A DNA stretch of 64,000 nt, taken from an uncultured Halanaerobiales bacterium. GTDB taxonomy: Bacteria > Bacillota > Halanaerobiia > B1SED10-174. The notes beneath the pieces are model-generated. The model ran no database searches, was not told where the DNA came from, and saw only the letters and a list, made by a program, of their open reading frames with translations. The position numbers were made by a program, and so were the translations under genes. Shown here piece by piece: positions 50,100 through 59,608 of the stretch (position 1 is the first letter of the stretch; each line of letters opens with the position of its first letter). The DNA lies in NCBI GenBank assembly GCA_964568715.1, contig CAZMQU010000001.1:143287-207286 (forward strand). Reading direction: 5' to 3'.

Positions 50100-51134
50100 C
50101 TAAACTTTACTGAAGTATTGATAAATACTCCTTTTGGCATTGTCCAAGGTTAACAAACTACCCTTTAAAGTCAGTTTAATATTCATTTTTGCTGCTACGG
50201 GATTTAGGATTGAAAAAGCTTTGTTTTTGGAGACGCAAATTTTTTCCGGCAAAACACCGATCCGATCGATTATGTCTATTAAATTGTTTTGGTAGCCACA
50301 GGGATATTCGTGTTCTTCCAGTAATTTATAATCAATAATTTCTTTTGATTGCGCATCAATCCACAAACATATATACGGATAATAGGGTCGATTGCATTTT
50401 TCTGATTGAATGGGAAATGGCGAATAAAATATATCCGTTAGCCACATTACTGATCTTCGCTTTGCATTTTTGCCCACTTTTTTTATCCTTAATTCATCTA
50501 CCGGCGGGCAAACAATTATTTCCTCAACATGGGGGTCCACTGTAATCCAATCATCGGTCCACAAGTCTTTGTTATCTTTATTCTTGACTCGCAATAAGAA
50601 AGTATTTTCATCCTTTTTTAAAAGCATTGACGGGTCTTCGCGGTGACGCAAAGCAATTTCACCGGCTTGTTCCAAAGCAACCGTCAAAAATCTGATCTCT
50701 TTATTATTTAGAAACCAAGGATAATAACCAGGATAATAACTGCGAAAAAACGGCCAGTTCTTTAAACCATGATATTTCAAACCCAACTCTTTTATTATGT
50801 TTAAATCTTCTTTTTCCAGATAATTTCTATCTTCAAAAGAAGCCATCAAACACTTTTGGACATGTACCATTTCTGCATCGTAGGGTCCGACTTCTCCGTT
50901 GAGAATCTTTAAGTATCCCAGTAAACCTTCGATGCCCAAATAAACGACCAGAGCATATATTTCTTGGTTGTTACCTAGAATCACGCAAAAACCTATCTCC
51001 CCGTCAGCGGGGTTTTGAACTGCAAAAAGATCGGTATCGCACATCCATTCCCAAGATTTAAGCGCTTTGAAATATTCGGCTGCTTGATATAGGTCCCGCC
51101 AATCTCTATATGAAGGGGTTGGTTTATTCAACAT
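50100..51134 (-). CDS. Uncharacterised 344-aa protein (no recognisable domain)
   Basis: Long ORF rich in Tyr/Trp/Pro, no TM segments, no known motif recognised. Confidence 0.5.
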   Translation of the reverse strand: MLNKPTPSYRDWRDLYQAAEYFKALKSWEWMCDTDLFAVQNPADGEIGFCVILGNNQEIYALVVYLGIEGLLGYLKILNGEVGPYDAEMVHVQKCLMASFEDRNYLEKEDLNIIKELGLKYHGLKNWPFFRSYYPGYYPWFLNNKEIRFLTVALEQAGEIALRHREDPSMLLKKDENTFLLRVKNKDNKDLWTDDWITVDPHVEEIIVCPPVDELRIKKVGKNAKRRSVMWLTDIFYSPFPIQSEKCNRPYYPYICLWIDAQSKEIIDYKLLEEHEYPCGYQNNLIDIIDRIGVLPEKICVSKNKAFSILNPVAAKMNIKLTLKGSLLTLDNAKRSIYQYFSKV

Positions 51135-51236
51135 AATACAACCTCTTTTCTTAAGATTTCTATCTTAACTAGTATCGGAAAAAACAAAATAATTTTAAAA
51201 GATAAGGTCTTTATAATGATCCGGGACTGGTTCATT

Positions 51237-51824
51237 TTAAGATTCATGCAACGGATATGCCATATAGCTCAACAATTCAACTTCATCATCGGAATTATTG
51301 GTAAAATTGTGGGGGGTATTGGAGCATATATAACAGGAATCCCCTTCATTCAGCAAATAGGTTCTTCCTTGAATGATTGCATCCAGAATTCCCTTAAGGA
51401 CATAAACGCTTTCTTCAGTCATATGGACCTCCTCTTCCTTTGATACCGATTGGCCCGGCCCCAGACATATGTAAACCCCCAAAAGTTTAAAATCGTCCTG
51501 TGCATCCCTTTGCGGCGTTATAATGCTGTATTTTGCCTTCAAATCGGGGTAAACCACTGCCAATCTTTTCGCAACAGATGTGATGTGAAAATCGCCCATA
51601 ATCGGTTGAGAATTCAGTGGTCTTTTTTCCTGCCGGGGGAGGAAAAATTCTGCAATTGGAACTTGTAGCTTATCAGCAATGATTTGCAGGGCCCTTAAGG
51701 ATGGTTTCTTAATATCCCTTTCGATTTGAGAAAGAAAACTTGCTGTATAACCTGTTTTTTTGGCCAAAACTGCCAAGGTATAGCCCCGTTCCATTCTAAT
51801 TAACTTAATCTTGGAACCTACCAT
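51237..51824 (-). CDS. XRE-family HTH transcriptional regulator with C-terminal cupin domain
   Basis: N-terminal HTH_3 LIRMERGYTLAVLAKKTGYTASFLSQIERDIKKPSLRAL; C-terminal cupin region GDSCYICSNTPHNFTN. Confidence 0.8.
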   Translation of the reverse strand: MVGSKIKLIRMERGYTLAVLAKKTGYTASFLSQIERDIKKPSLRALQIIADKLQVPIAEFFLPRQEKRPLNSQPIMGDFHITSVAKRLAVVYPDLKAKYSIITPQRDAQDDFKLLGVYICLGPGQSVSKEEEVHMTEESVYVLKGILDAIIQGRTYLLNEGDSCYICSNTPHNFTNNSDDEVELLSYMAYPLHES

Positions 51825-51845
51825 TTAGTCCACCTGCCACGCCTA

Positions 51846-51875
51846 TTAACCGTAGGTTAATTAACTTATGGTTAA
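51846..51875. promoter_or_regulatory. Tandem palindromic operator-like sites upstream of the XRE-cupin regulator
   Basis: TTAACCgtaGGTTAA immediately followed by TTAACttatGGTTAA, about 22 nt upstream of the regulator start. Confidence 0.45.
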
Positions 51876-51988
51876 TTTTAGGTCGAAAACTGCTTTTTGT
51901 CAACCTCGCCGCTAAAATTTTACAAAAGAGCGCCTATCAGTAAGGCGCTTAAATCTAATACACCATTCTTTAATCAGTGAATTTTTTT

Positions 51989-52038
51989 GAGCCAAAGGAT
52001 TCCCCAAACCGGTAGTCGCCAGGGAATTCCTTTGGCTC
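51989..52038. repeat. Long inverted repeat (17-nt arms, 16-nt loop) downstream of the SDR gene
   Basis: GAGCCAAAGGATTCCCC ... GGGAATTCCTTTGGCTC, 15/17 pairing; T-run precedes it on the plus strand. Confidence 0.5.
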
Positions 52039-52082
52039 CTAAGCAAATTCTAACAACCGTATAGTAAAACTCCCGGCAATCT

Positions 52083-52859
52083 TTAATTTTCCTTCTTGGC
52101 TAGAAGATAGGGATTTCGCTGGGCGGTGGGCATTATTATCATATCCAAAATATTTACATGGGCCGGGGCGTTGGCTACAAAAGTTACCACTTCAGCTATA
52201 TCTTTGGCGCTTAAGGCCTTATAACCTTTATAAACGTTCTTGGCTCGCTCCTTGTCACCGTGGAACCGCACCTCGGAAAATTCCGTTTCAACCGCTCCCG
52301 GATCGATACTGGAAACTCGGATATCCGTACCCAAGAGATCAATTGTCATGGCTTCATTTAATGCCTTTACAGCAAATTTTGTTGCATTGTAAACATTGCC
52401 GCTAGGGTATACTATGTGGCCGGCAATACTGCCGATATTGATTATATGGCCTTTATTTCGAGCAACCATCATTGGTATAATCGCCCGGGAGATATTGAGT
52501 AATCCTTTCACATTAGTGTCGATCATAGCATCCCAATCAGCAAAATCGCCTTCGTAAATTTTGCTCAATCCGCTTGCCAACCCCGCATTGTTGAGCAAAA
52601 CATCTATATTCACAGCTCTTGAATCAAGTTCGACACCAAAAGCAATTACACCCTCCCTATCACGGACATCGAGCGTGAAGCATTCAGCCTTAACTCCATA
52701 TTCTTTTTCCAATCTTGCTGCCAGAGCCTTCAGCCTCTCCTCTCTACGGGCAATAAGAATTAAATCCATACCGTAACCGGCAAAAGACTCGGCACAGGCT
52801 TGACCGATACCGGAAGAAGCTCCCGTTATCAAAGCCTTTTTCCCCTTTAACCTGTTCAT
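52083..52859 (-). CDS. SDR family NADP-dependent oxidoreductase (YdfG-like)
   Basis: TGASSGIGQA cofactor motif, NNAG, YNATKFAVKA catalytic motif. Confidence 0.85.
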   Translation of the reverse strand: MNRLKGKKALITGASSGIGQACAESFAGYGMDLILIARREERLKALAARLEKEYGVKAECFTLDVRDREGVIAFGVELDSRAVNIDVLLNNAGLASGLSKIYEGDFADWDAMIDTNVKGLLNISRAIIPMMVARNKGHIINIGSIAGHIVYPSGNVYNATKFAVKALNEAMTIDLLGTDIRVSSIDPGAVETEFSEVRFHGDKERAKNVYKGYKALSAKDIAEVVTFVANAPAHVNILDMIIMPTAQRNPYLLAKKEN

Positions 52860-53105
52860 AGTTGGTCCTCCTTCATAAATAATTATTTTTTCTTTCTTGT
52901 ATGATTGTTGTCAATACCAACTGAAATATTTATAAACTTTTTACGTGTCAGCAAAAAACATGCTTTTCCCTGCCAGAATTTACACAGCGTATTTCATTGG
53001 AATACTCCAATTAAACAGATATAATATAAAACATAAGTTGCTTTATGCCTATTGGATTTATAAGTTAATCAATCTGACAAAAACTTGGGGAGGTTTGCAT
53101 AAGAA

Positions 53106-53777
53106 ATGAAAAGAAGAACCTTTTTCAAATTAATTGTCTTTCTAATTCTGGTTTTTTCGGCATTGTCGCTTGGCAGGTATTCTCCGGTTGTTGCAACTTC
53201 CAACAGAAAGGACAACGGAATTGGTCTTACTCATTTGCAAGAGGGAGAAACGTTCTTCTTTGAGGACGGAAGAAGTCCGGCTATTTTCATAAAAGAAGAT
53301 GGCAATCTCCGGCTCATTGAGACCAATACACCGTCTTTACCGATTGTATCTCCCAATCAAGCCAAGATGGCTTACATTGCACCTTTTTTTTGGCAAGAAA
53401 GCGGGGAATTGTATGTCTTTAACATCAAAGATGATAATCCTAGAAAAATCTTGGCTTTTTCTGATTTGCCCGCAACGAGTACTCCAAAAACAATCCACTG
53501 GCTGGACAACCAATATTTAATGGTAATAGTAGGCGATGCTTATAACCCGGCTTCAATCGGTGGCGATGTGTATCTGGTTGATTCTGAAAGCGGCAGGCAC
53601 ACAATTATGTATGAAGCTGAAAACGATCAAGAGGTTCGCAATCTAAAAGTCGGCGAAGACAATGTTATTATCGAGTTGGCACTGTTTAATATTGACCAAA
53701 CGGAATACGATATATACAGCACTGCTATGGAAACTCTGACAATAAGAGAAATTGCCGAAATGATGCCGAATAAATAA
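53106..53777 (+). CDS. Secreted hypothetical protein (signal peptide, 223 aa)
   Basis: N-terminal signal peptide MKRRTFFKLIVFLILVFSALSLG; no known motif. Confidence 0.5.
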   Translation: MKRRTFFKLIVFLILVFSALSLGRYSPVVATSNRKDNGIGLTHLQEGETFFFEDGRSPAIFIKEDGNLRLIETNTPSLPIVSPNQAKMAYIAPFFWQESGELYVFNIKDDNPRKILAFSDLPATSTPKTIHWLDNQYLMVIVGDAYNPASIGGDVYLVDSESGRHTIMYEAENDQEVRNLKVGEDNVIIELALFNIDQTEYDIYSTAMETLTIREIAEMMPNK

Positions 53778-53842
53778 GCAATCTACACCCCATCTCCACT
53801 TAAAGAATTCACCGATTATCCTTTAAAGCCTTCAACTTTTTA

Positions 53843-53875
53843 TAAAAAAAAGGCGGGTTTAACCCGCCTTTTTCA
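53843..53875. terminator. Bidirectional terminator between the secreted hypothetical gene and the DUF1657 gene
   Basis: AAAAAAA AGGCGGGTT t AACCCGCCT TTTT. Confidence 0.8.
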
Positions 53876-53879
53876 TTAT

Positions 53880-54098
53880 TTACTGTTGCTGTTGTTCTTT
53901 TTGATAAAGGGGATTGTTTCTTTCCAAATAGCTCAACCGTGAATTGAGGGAATCAACATGCCTTTGCATTTCTTCCGATAATTCTTCAAACAACTGTTTG
54001 GCTGAACTATCTTCCGTGCTTTCAGCAAACATTGAATATGACCCTTTTAACGACTCCGCACTGGCGATTGCTTTTTTAATATCACTTTGAACCGTCAT
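53880..54098 (-). CDS. DUF1657 family small protein (sporulation-associated)
   Basis: 72 aa helical protein MTVQSDIKKAIASAESLKGSYSMFAESTEDSSAKQLFEELSEEM is typical of DUF1657; immediately downstream of spoVAEb. Confidence 0.65.
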   Translation of the reverse strand: MTVQSDIKKAIASAESLKGSYSMFAESTEDSSAKQLFEELSEEMQRHVDSLNSRLSYLERNNPLYQKEQQQQ

Positions 54099-54124
54099 AG
54101 TCGGCCTCCTTTCGGGTTAAATAA

Positions 54125-54493
54125 TTATTGTTTAGGGTTAAAAATCAATGCTGTAAAAAAAGCGAATATTATGGCTGCGGTAATACCGGTGCTCGTTAAT
54201 TCAAACATACCGGTCAATACGCCGATAAGACCATGCCTTTGGGCCTCCATAATTGCACCTTGGACCAATGAGTTGCCAAAACTGGCAATTGGCATTGTTG
54301 CCCCGGCTCCCGCTACTTTAATCAACCTTTCATAGACTCCTGTACCACCTAGTATTCCTCCTAGAACCGTTAAACCGGATAAAATATGGCCGGGTGTCAA
54401 ATTGGTCAAGTCCAAAAGCAGCTGCCCGACTAAACAGAAGGTGCCGCCAACTAAAAAAGCAATGAGATATATCTTCCATTCCACTGAAATCAT
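54125..54493 (-). CDS. spoVAEB: Stage V sporulation protein AEb
   Basis: KVAGAGATMPIASFGNSLVQG... typical SpoVAE membrane protein. Confidence 0.85.
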   Translation of the reverse strand: MISVEWKIYLIAFLVGGTFCLVGQLLLDLTNLTPGHILSGLTVLGGILGGTGVYERLIKVAGAGATMPIASFGNSLVQGAIMEAQRHGLIGVLTGMFELTSTGITAAIIFAFFTALIFNPKQ

Positions 54494-54505
54494 CCTTCAA
54501 AAATT

Positions 54506-55516
54506 TTATGCTTCAATTGTTATCGCATGGGCAATCGCCGGAATGTTTTCACCTTGCTGAACTGAAACGGGGCTATGCAAAGAGCCGGTGGCAAGCAATA
54601 ATATTTTACTGTATTCTTTCTTTAAAAGTTTTTTATAGATATAGCCGAATGTCACTAAGGCGGATGACGCACAACCGCTGGCTCCGGCGTGAACATCCTG
54701 TTTACGCCTGTCGTAAATCATCAAACCGCAATCATTATAATTAGCGGAAAGGTCATAGCCGCCCCTTCGTTTCATTAATTCTTTGGCTAAATCCAAGCCG
54801 TTTTGACCCAAATCACCGCTAAGAATCAAGTCATAGTCTTGGGGAGAAAATCCGGTATCAACGAAATGATTCCGCAATGTATCGGCAAAGCCCGGTGCCA
54901 TTGCCGCACCAAGATTATATGGGTCTTTGATGCCTAAATCAACAACTCTGCCGATTGTAATATGGGTTAGGCGAGGGCCTTCACCGGAAGAGGCGACTAA
55001 AGCTGCACCGGCACCCGTAGCGGTGTATTGAATCGAGGGCTTACGGAAAAAACCATACTCCACCGGATACCTGAACTGTCGTTCGGCAGTAGAATTATGG
55101 CTTGATGTTGCAGCCATAGCCAAACGGGCAAAACCACCGTCGATCAATATGGCAGCAATCGACAAAGCCAGGACAGAGGAAGAACAAGCCCCGTATATAC
55201 CGATAAAGGGTCTTTTTAATTCCAATGCCACATAAGTGGAAGTAATAATTTGATTCAAAAGATCACCGGAAATAAAAAACCCTAAGTCCTGCTGATTGAC
55301 GTTTACTTTATTAAGACAAGTATAGCAAGCATTTAGAAGCATTTCTTTTTCTGCCTTTTCAAAACTTTTGGTTCCCGCCATTGTATCAGTATATACGTGG
55401 TCAAGATATTTACCCAAAGGTCCCTTTCCTTCCAAGGGACCGCCGACAGCGGCAGTACTCAGCACTACAGGAGGAGTGCTAAACTTGTAAGTATTTTTAC
55501 CGATTAGTTTTTTCAA
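54506..55516 (-). CDS. spoVAD: Stage V sporulation protein AD (thiolase-fold DPA-binding protein)
   Basis: 336 aa, KAS-III-like fold, IGIYGACSSSVLALSIAA. Confidence 0.9.
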   Translation of the reverse strand: MKKLIGKNTYKFSTPPVVLSTAAVGGPLEGKGPLGKYLDHVYTDTMAGTKSFEKAEKEMLLNACYTCLNKVNVNQQDLGFFISGDLLNQIITSTYVALELKRPFIGIYGACSSSVLALSIAAILIDGGFARLAMAATSSHNSTAERQFRYPVEYGFFRKPSIQYTATGAGAALVASSGEGPRLTHITIGRVVDLGIKDPYNLGAAMAPGFADTLRNHFVDTGFSPQDYDLILSGDLGQNGLDLAKELMKRRGGYDLSANYNDCGLMIYDRRKQDVHAGASGCASSALVTFGYIYKKLLKKEYSKILLLATGSLHSPVSVQQGENIPAIAHAITIEA

Positions 55517-55528
55517 CTGCTTTCCTCC

Positions 55529-55987
55529 CTAAAATACAAAAATTGCATATATAATACCAATGATAAAAGCCGTAATAACACCGAATACTATAACGGTCCC
55601 GGCCAAAATAAACATTTTGCTGCCCACTCCGGCTACAAAACCTTCCCTTTTAAATTCCATGGCTGCCGATACGACTGAATTGGCAAACCCTGTCACAGGG
55701 ACCAAAACTCCTGCTCCTGCAATTTTAACCAACTTATCGAAAACGCCCAAGCCTGTCAGAAGGCTGCCGATAAAAATCATCGTTGCAACAGCCGGATTGC
55801 CTGCTTCTTCGAAGGAGATATCCAAAAACCACCGATAAAAATCGGTGATCCCTTGACCAATAACTGCAACCAAGCCGCCAAACAAAAAAGCATATAAAAT
55901 ATTCCTTCCGTATTTCGGCTTGGTGGTATGCTTTTTGACTAGCTCTGCGTACCACTCCTGTTCTGCACTCAATGACTTCTTTTTCAT
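55529..55987 (-). CDS. spoVAC: Stage V sporulation protein AC
   Basis: KIAGAGVLVPVTGFANSVVSAAMEFKREGF...; GGGAGGAG RBS before the ATG at 55987. Confidence 0.88.
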   Translation of the reverse strand: MKKKSLSAEQEWYAELVKKHTTKPKYGRNILYAFLFGGLVAVIGQGITDFYRWFLDISFEEAGNPAVATMIFIGSLLTGLGVFDKLVKIAGAGVLVPVTGFANSVVSAAMEFKREGFVAGVGSKMFILAGTVIVFGVITAFIIGIIYAIFVF

Positions 55988-56077
55988 TATAGCTCTCCTC
56001 CCTTCGCCATTTTTTGCTTTGCTATTATTTTTAGCTAAAAGGCTAAAAATATTAATGGTATATATAGTCTTTAGCAA

Positions 56078-56120
56078 ACATAACAAAAACAGCTCCAACT
56101 CATCACGTCGTTGGAGCTGT
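56078..56120 (-). terminator. Terminator after glnS
   Basis: CAGCTCCAAC ... GTTGGAGCTG hairpin followed by GUUUUUGUU on the minus-strand RNA. Confidence 0.7.
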
Positions 56121-56162
56121 TTCCTATCGATTCAGCGTTATCCCTCAAACAACAAAGAATTA

Positions 56163-57890
56163 TCACTTGGTGCGGCCTTTAATTCGCGCCCAGGTATCAC
56201 GCAATGAAACGATACGGTTAAACACGGGTTTTCCTGGTTGGCTTAAAACCGGATCGACAAAAAAATAGCCGTGGCGCAAAAATTGATACCGGTCACCTTT
56301 TCGGGCTTCTGCCAACCCGGGCTCAAGTAGGCAATCTTTCAAAATTTCCAGAGAGTTGGGATTTATATGCTTTAAAAATTCGTCACCCGTTTCGTTGTCT
56401 TCATCGGTGGTCCCTTCCGGATTTTCAATCAAAAACAATGTATCAAAGAGCTGGACATCCCCTTTGATGGCATGAGCAGCAGATACCCAGTGTAATGTAC
56501 CCTTAACCCTCCTGCCGTCCGTTGACCAACCGCCCCTAGTGGCCGGATCATGAGTACAATGAACCTCGAGAACCTCTCCGGTATCTTCATCTTGGATTAC
56601 TTTTTGGCAAGTAATATAATAGGCATGGTTCAAGCGAACTTCTTTGCCGGGAGACAGGCGGAAAAACTTCTTGGGCGGGTTCAACATAAAATCTGTTTTT
56701 TCAATATAAATCTCCCTTGCAAAAGGAATTTTCCGGGAACCCATACCAGGATCTTCCGGATTGTTAACGGCTTCTAACTCTTCTACCTTCCCCTCCGGAT
56801 AATCCGTGATTACAACTTTCAACGGTCGCATAACTACCATTGCCCGGGGTGCCTTTTTGTTCAACTCCTCTCGAATGCAATGTTCCAATAAGGCAAAATC
56901 GACGGTGCTGTCTGCCCGTGCTACCCCGATTCTCTCCGTAAAATCCCGCAAGGCGGCAGGCGTATAGCCCCGGCGACGAATGCCGGAAATGGTGGGCATT
57001 CGTGGATCATCCCAACCAGTGACAAAATTTCCTTCCACTAATTTGCGCAATTTTCGTTTACTTAAAATTGTATGGGTTATATTGAGCCGAGCAAACTCGT
57101 ATTGGCGAGAACGGGTTTTTATATAGTCGGGCATCAACTTCAATGCCTGCTCGACAATCCAGTTATACAAGGGACGGTGGTCGGTCCATTCTATGGAACA
57201 TAAAGAATGGGTAATACCCTCCAAAGCATCTGAAAAAGGGTGAGCAAAATCATACATAGGATATATGCACCAATCATCACCGGTTCGGTGGTGGCTGGCA
57301 TGGAGAATTCGATATATTACCGGGTCGCGCATATTTAAATTACCCGAGGCCATATCAATCTTGGCCCGCAACACCCGGGCTCCTTCCGGAAATTCCCCTT
57401 CTTTCATCCTCTTAAATAAATCCAGATTCTCTTCAACGGTTCTGTTTCTATAAGGACTGTTTGTCCCGGGTGCAGTCAGTGTACCGCGATATTCCCTTAT
57501 TTCTTCCGGCGACAGATCGCAAACAAAGGCCTTCTGTGCTTTAATCAAACGGCAGGCAAATTCATATTTAATTTCAAAGTAATCCGAGGCAAAATAAAGC
57601 CGATCCTCCCAATCCACACCAAGCCATTTAACATCTTCGATGATTGAATTAACGAACTCCTGCTCTTCCTTGATTGGGTTTGTATCATCGAAACGCAAAT
57701 TTATTTTGCCGTTAAATTCAGAGGCAATGCTATCGTTGAGATATATAGCCTTGGCATGGCCGATATGTAAATACCCGTTGGGCTCGGGTGGAAAACGGGT
57801 ATGGACACGGCCACCATAAGTATCGTTTTCCAAATCTTCAATTACGATATCACGAATAAAATTGCTGCCCGGTGAATAATCATTGCTCAT
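56163..57890 (-). CDS. glnS: Glutamine--tRNA ligase (GlnRS); start taken at MSNDYS..., track ORF extends to 57914
   Basis: [17 protein letters not shown] class I HIGH region, catalytic domain and C-terminal anticodon-binding beta-barrels; about 575 aa typical of GlnRS rather than GluRS. Confidence 0.8.
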   Translation of the reverse strand: MSNDYSPGSNFIRDIVIEDLENDTYGGRVHTRFPPEPNGYLHIGHAKAIYLNDSIASEFNGKINLRFDDTNPIKEEQEFVNSIIEDVKWLGVDWEDRLYFASDYFEIKYEFACRLIKAQKAFVCDLSPEEIREYRGTLTAPGTNSPYRNRTVEENLDLFKRMKEGEFPEGARVLRAKIDMASGNLNMRDPVIYRILHASHHRTGDDWCIYPMYDFAHPFSDALEGITHSLCSIEWTDHRPLYNWIVEQALKLMPDYIKTRSRQYEFARLNITHTILSKRKLRKLVEGNFVTGWDDPRMPTISGIRRRGYTPAALRDFTERIGVARADSTVDFALLEHCIREELNKKAPRAMVVMRPLKVVITDYPEGKVEELEAVNNPEDPGMGSRKIPFAREIYIEKTDFMLNPPKKFFRLSPGKEVRLNHAYYITCQKVIQDEDTGEVLEVHCTHDPATRGGWSTDGRRVKGTLHWVSAAHAIKGDVQLFDTLFLIENPEGTTDEDNETGDEFLKHINPNSLEILKDCLLEPGLAEARKGDRYQFLRHGYFFVDPVLSQPGKPVFNRIVSLRDTWARIKGRTK

Positions 57891-58107
57891 TATTATTTTC
57901 CTCCTTGTTTTCATTTGTAAACCATTTCTCCACGCTTTTTAAATTTTTATTTAAAGCAGCTGGCTTGGTTTTGGTAAATTTTTTGTTTATTATAGCTTTT
58001 TATACTTTACTATTAATTATTATAACAAACTTTGCTGAACAAGGATAAAATACTTTTGCTCTTCTATGGTGAATAATAAATATTAACAGTCTTCCGGCGG
58101 AAACACT

Positions 58108-59136
58108 CTATTGTTGGCCTTTACAGATAGTAACCTCCGGCTCAGGTCTAAAGCCGTAAGTGCCGGATATCTTTTTGACAATCAAAGCCATTAAGGATTT
58201 GACTTGGCTTGCTTTAGCTCCATTGAAGTTTATTATAAAATTGCCATGAAAGGGAGAAATCATTGCACCGCCGAGCAAGGTTCCTTTTAATTTAAGTCTG
58301 TCGACTAACTTACCCGTTGGGGTACCAAATTCATAGTTATTTTTAAAGAAAGAACCGCACGAAGGAAATCTGAAATGGCTGTTTTCCCGGCGCATCTTTT
58401 CAATTTTTTGCAGACTCGTCGGTAATTCTCCCCGGGCAAGACAATTAGCCTTTTGAGAAAAATAAGTATAAAAAGATTGCAATGAAGACATATTGGTGAC
58501 CGCATTTGTCGCCTCGAGCAATAGTGATAATTCTTTAATAAGGGATTGTGCCAGTCCGGGTACATTTATTGTAATTCCAGAAATTATCCAAGGTTTTTCT
58601 TGGAATATAGAATACTTATAAGCAAACCGGCCTTCTTTTCCCAACAAAGTATGAACTGCCCTATTCTTTCCGCTTGAATCTTCTAAATCAAAATAGTGTA
58701 TCTTTTCAACCAGGGTTCCTATCTCCTTATCGAGGCAACGGGCATTCATATAAACACCGCCACCGACCGTACCGGGTAAAAGATATGTAAACGAAAATTT
58801 TTCGGTACCAACAAGCAAACCGATAAGTGCCAAAAAGGATAAGGGAACACCTGCCGATATAAAAAGTTGATTGTCCTTATACTCAAGCCACGAATAATTC
58901 TTCAAAGAGATATAAAGACAATTTTGTAAAGGGTAATCCGGGAATAGAATGTTGGCCCCCAGACCGAAAACGAAGCAAGGAATCCTTTTCCGGTAGCAAA
59001 AGTCCAAAAGAAAAGCAAGCTCCGCTTCCTTGCAAGGAAAACCAATTTGTTTTACCCGCCCACCTATTTCATAGGTGGAATGACAGGATAGCCAAACATT
59101 TTTAGAACAAAGAGAATCAAACACATTATATTCCAT
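58108..59136 (-). CDS. murB: UDP-N-acetylenolpyruvoylglucosamine reductase
   Basis: FAD-binding N-terminal domain (VFGLGANILF), GGGVYMNARC, C-terminal MurB domain FKNNYEFG...GGAMISPFHGNFIIN. Confidence 0.8.
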   Translation of the reverse strand: MEYNVFDSLCSKNVWLSCHSTYEIGGRVKQIGFPCKEAELAFLLDFCYRKRIPCFVFGLGANILFPDYPLQNCLYISLKNYSWLEYKDNQLFISAGVPLSFLALIGLLVGTEKFSFTYLLPGTVGGGVYMNARCLDKEIGTLVEKIHYFDLEDSSGKNRAVHTLLGKEGRFAYKYSIFQEKPWIISGITINVPGLAQSLIKELSLLLEATNAVTNMSSLQSFYTYFSQKANCLARGELPTSLQKIEKMRRENSHFRFPSCGSFFKNNYEFGTPTGKLVDRLKLKGTLLGGAMISPFHGNFIINFNGAKASQVKSLMALIVKKISGTYGFRPEPEVTICKGQQ

Positions 59137-59290
59137 TATAATTCTCCTATTTTGCCGACGTATTGGGCAATTAAGCCACTTAATTCTTTTATCCCATATC
59201 TTTAAATCTTTGAACCGGTTTGTTTAAATAAGAAAGCTTACACTAACCTGTAAGTGAAATATATTTTCATCATAAAGCAAGCATAATATT

Positions 59291-59533
59291 TTATGCTGTA
59301 AATGCCAAATATAATCCGAAAACAATTATCCCAATGACAACCAGCAATAAAATCGATGCGCTTATCCGAATTCTTTTCTCTTTTTTATGATACAGCTCCA
59401 GACAATTTCCGCAAAGAATTACATCTTCGTAATCAAAATTCGGAAATTCCCGACGGGATATTCCAACCCTTACTTTATAGTCAAAGGCGGAATCGCGGTC
59501 GGTTTCTTTACCGCAAAACCAGCATCTTACCAT
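59291..59533 (-). CDS. Small zinc-ribbon protein with C-terminal transmembrane helix
   Basis: CWFCGKE ... CGNCLELY (two CxxC pairs) + hydrophobic tail ILLLVVIGIIVFGLYLAF. Confidence 0.5.
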   Translation of the reverse strand: MVRCWFCGKETDRDSAFDYKVRVGISRREFPNFDYEDVILCGNCLELYHKKEKRIRISASILLLVVIGIIVFGLYLAFTA

Positions 59534-59608
59534 ACTTGGCTTCCTCCTTTTTTCTGTTTGCCACTAAACAGCGTCCTCATGTTTAATTATACAAGCTTAT
59601 CAGATATA

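Noticed and set aside
55988-56090. Sigma-G/F forespore promoter upstream of spoVAC
   Set aside because: No convincing match to GHATR-N17-18-CATXHTA found by eye; region noted only as the likely promoter location.
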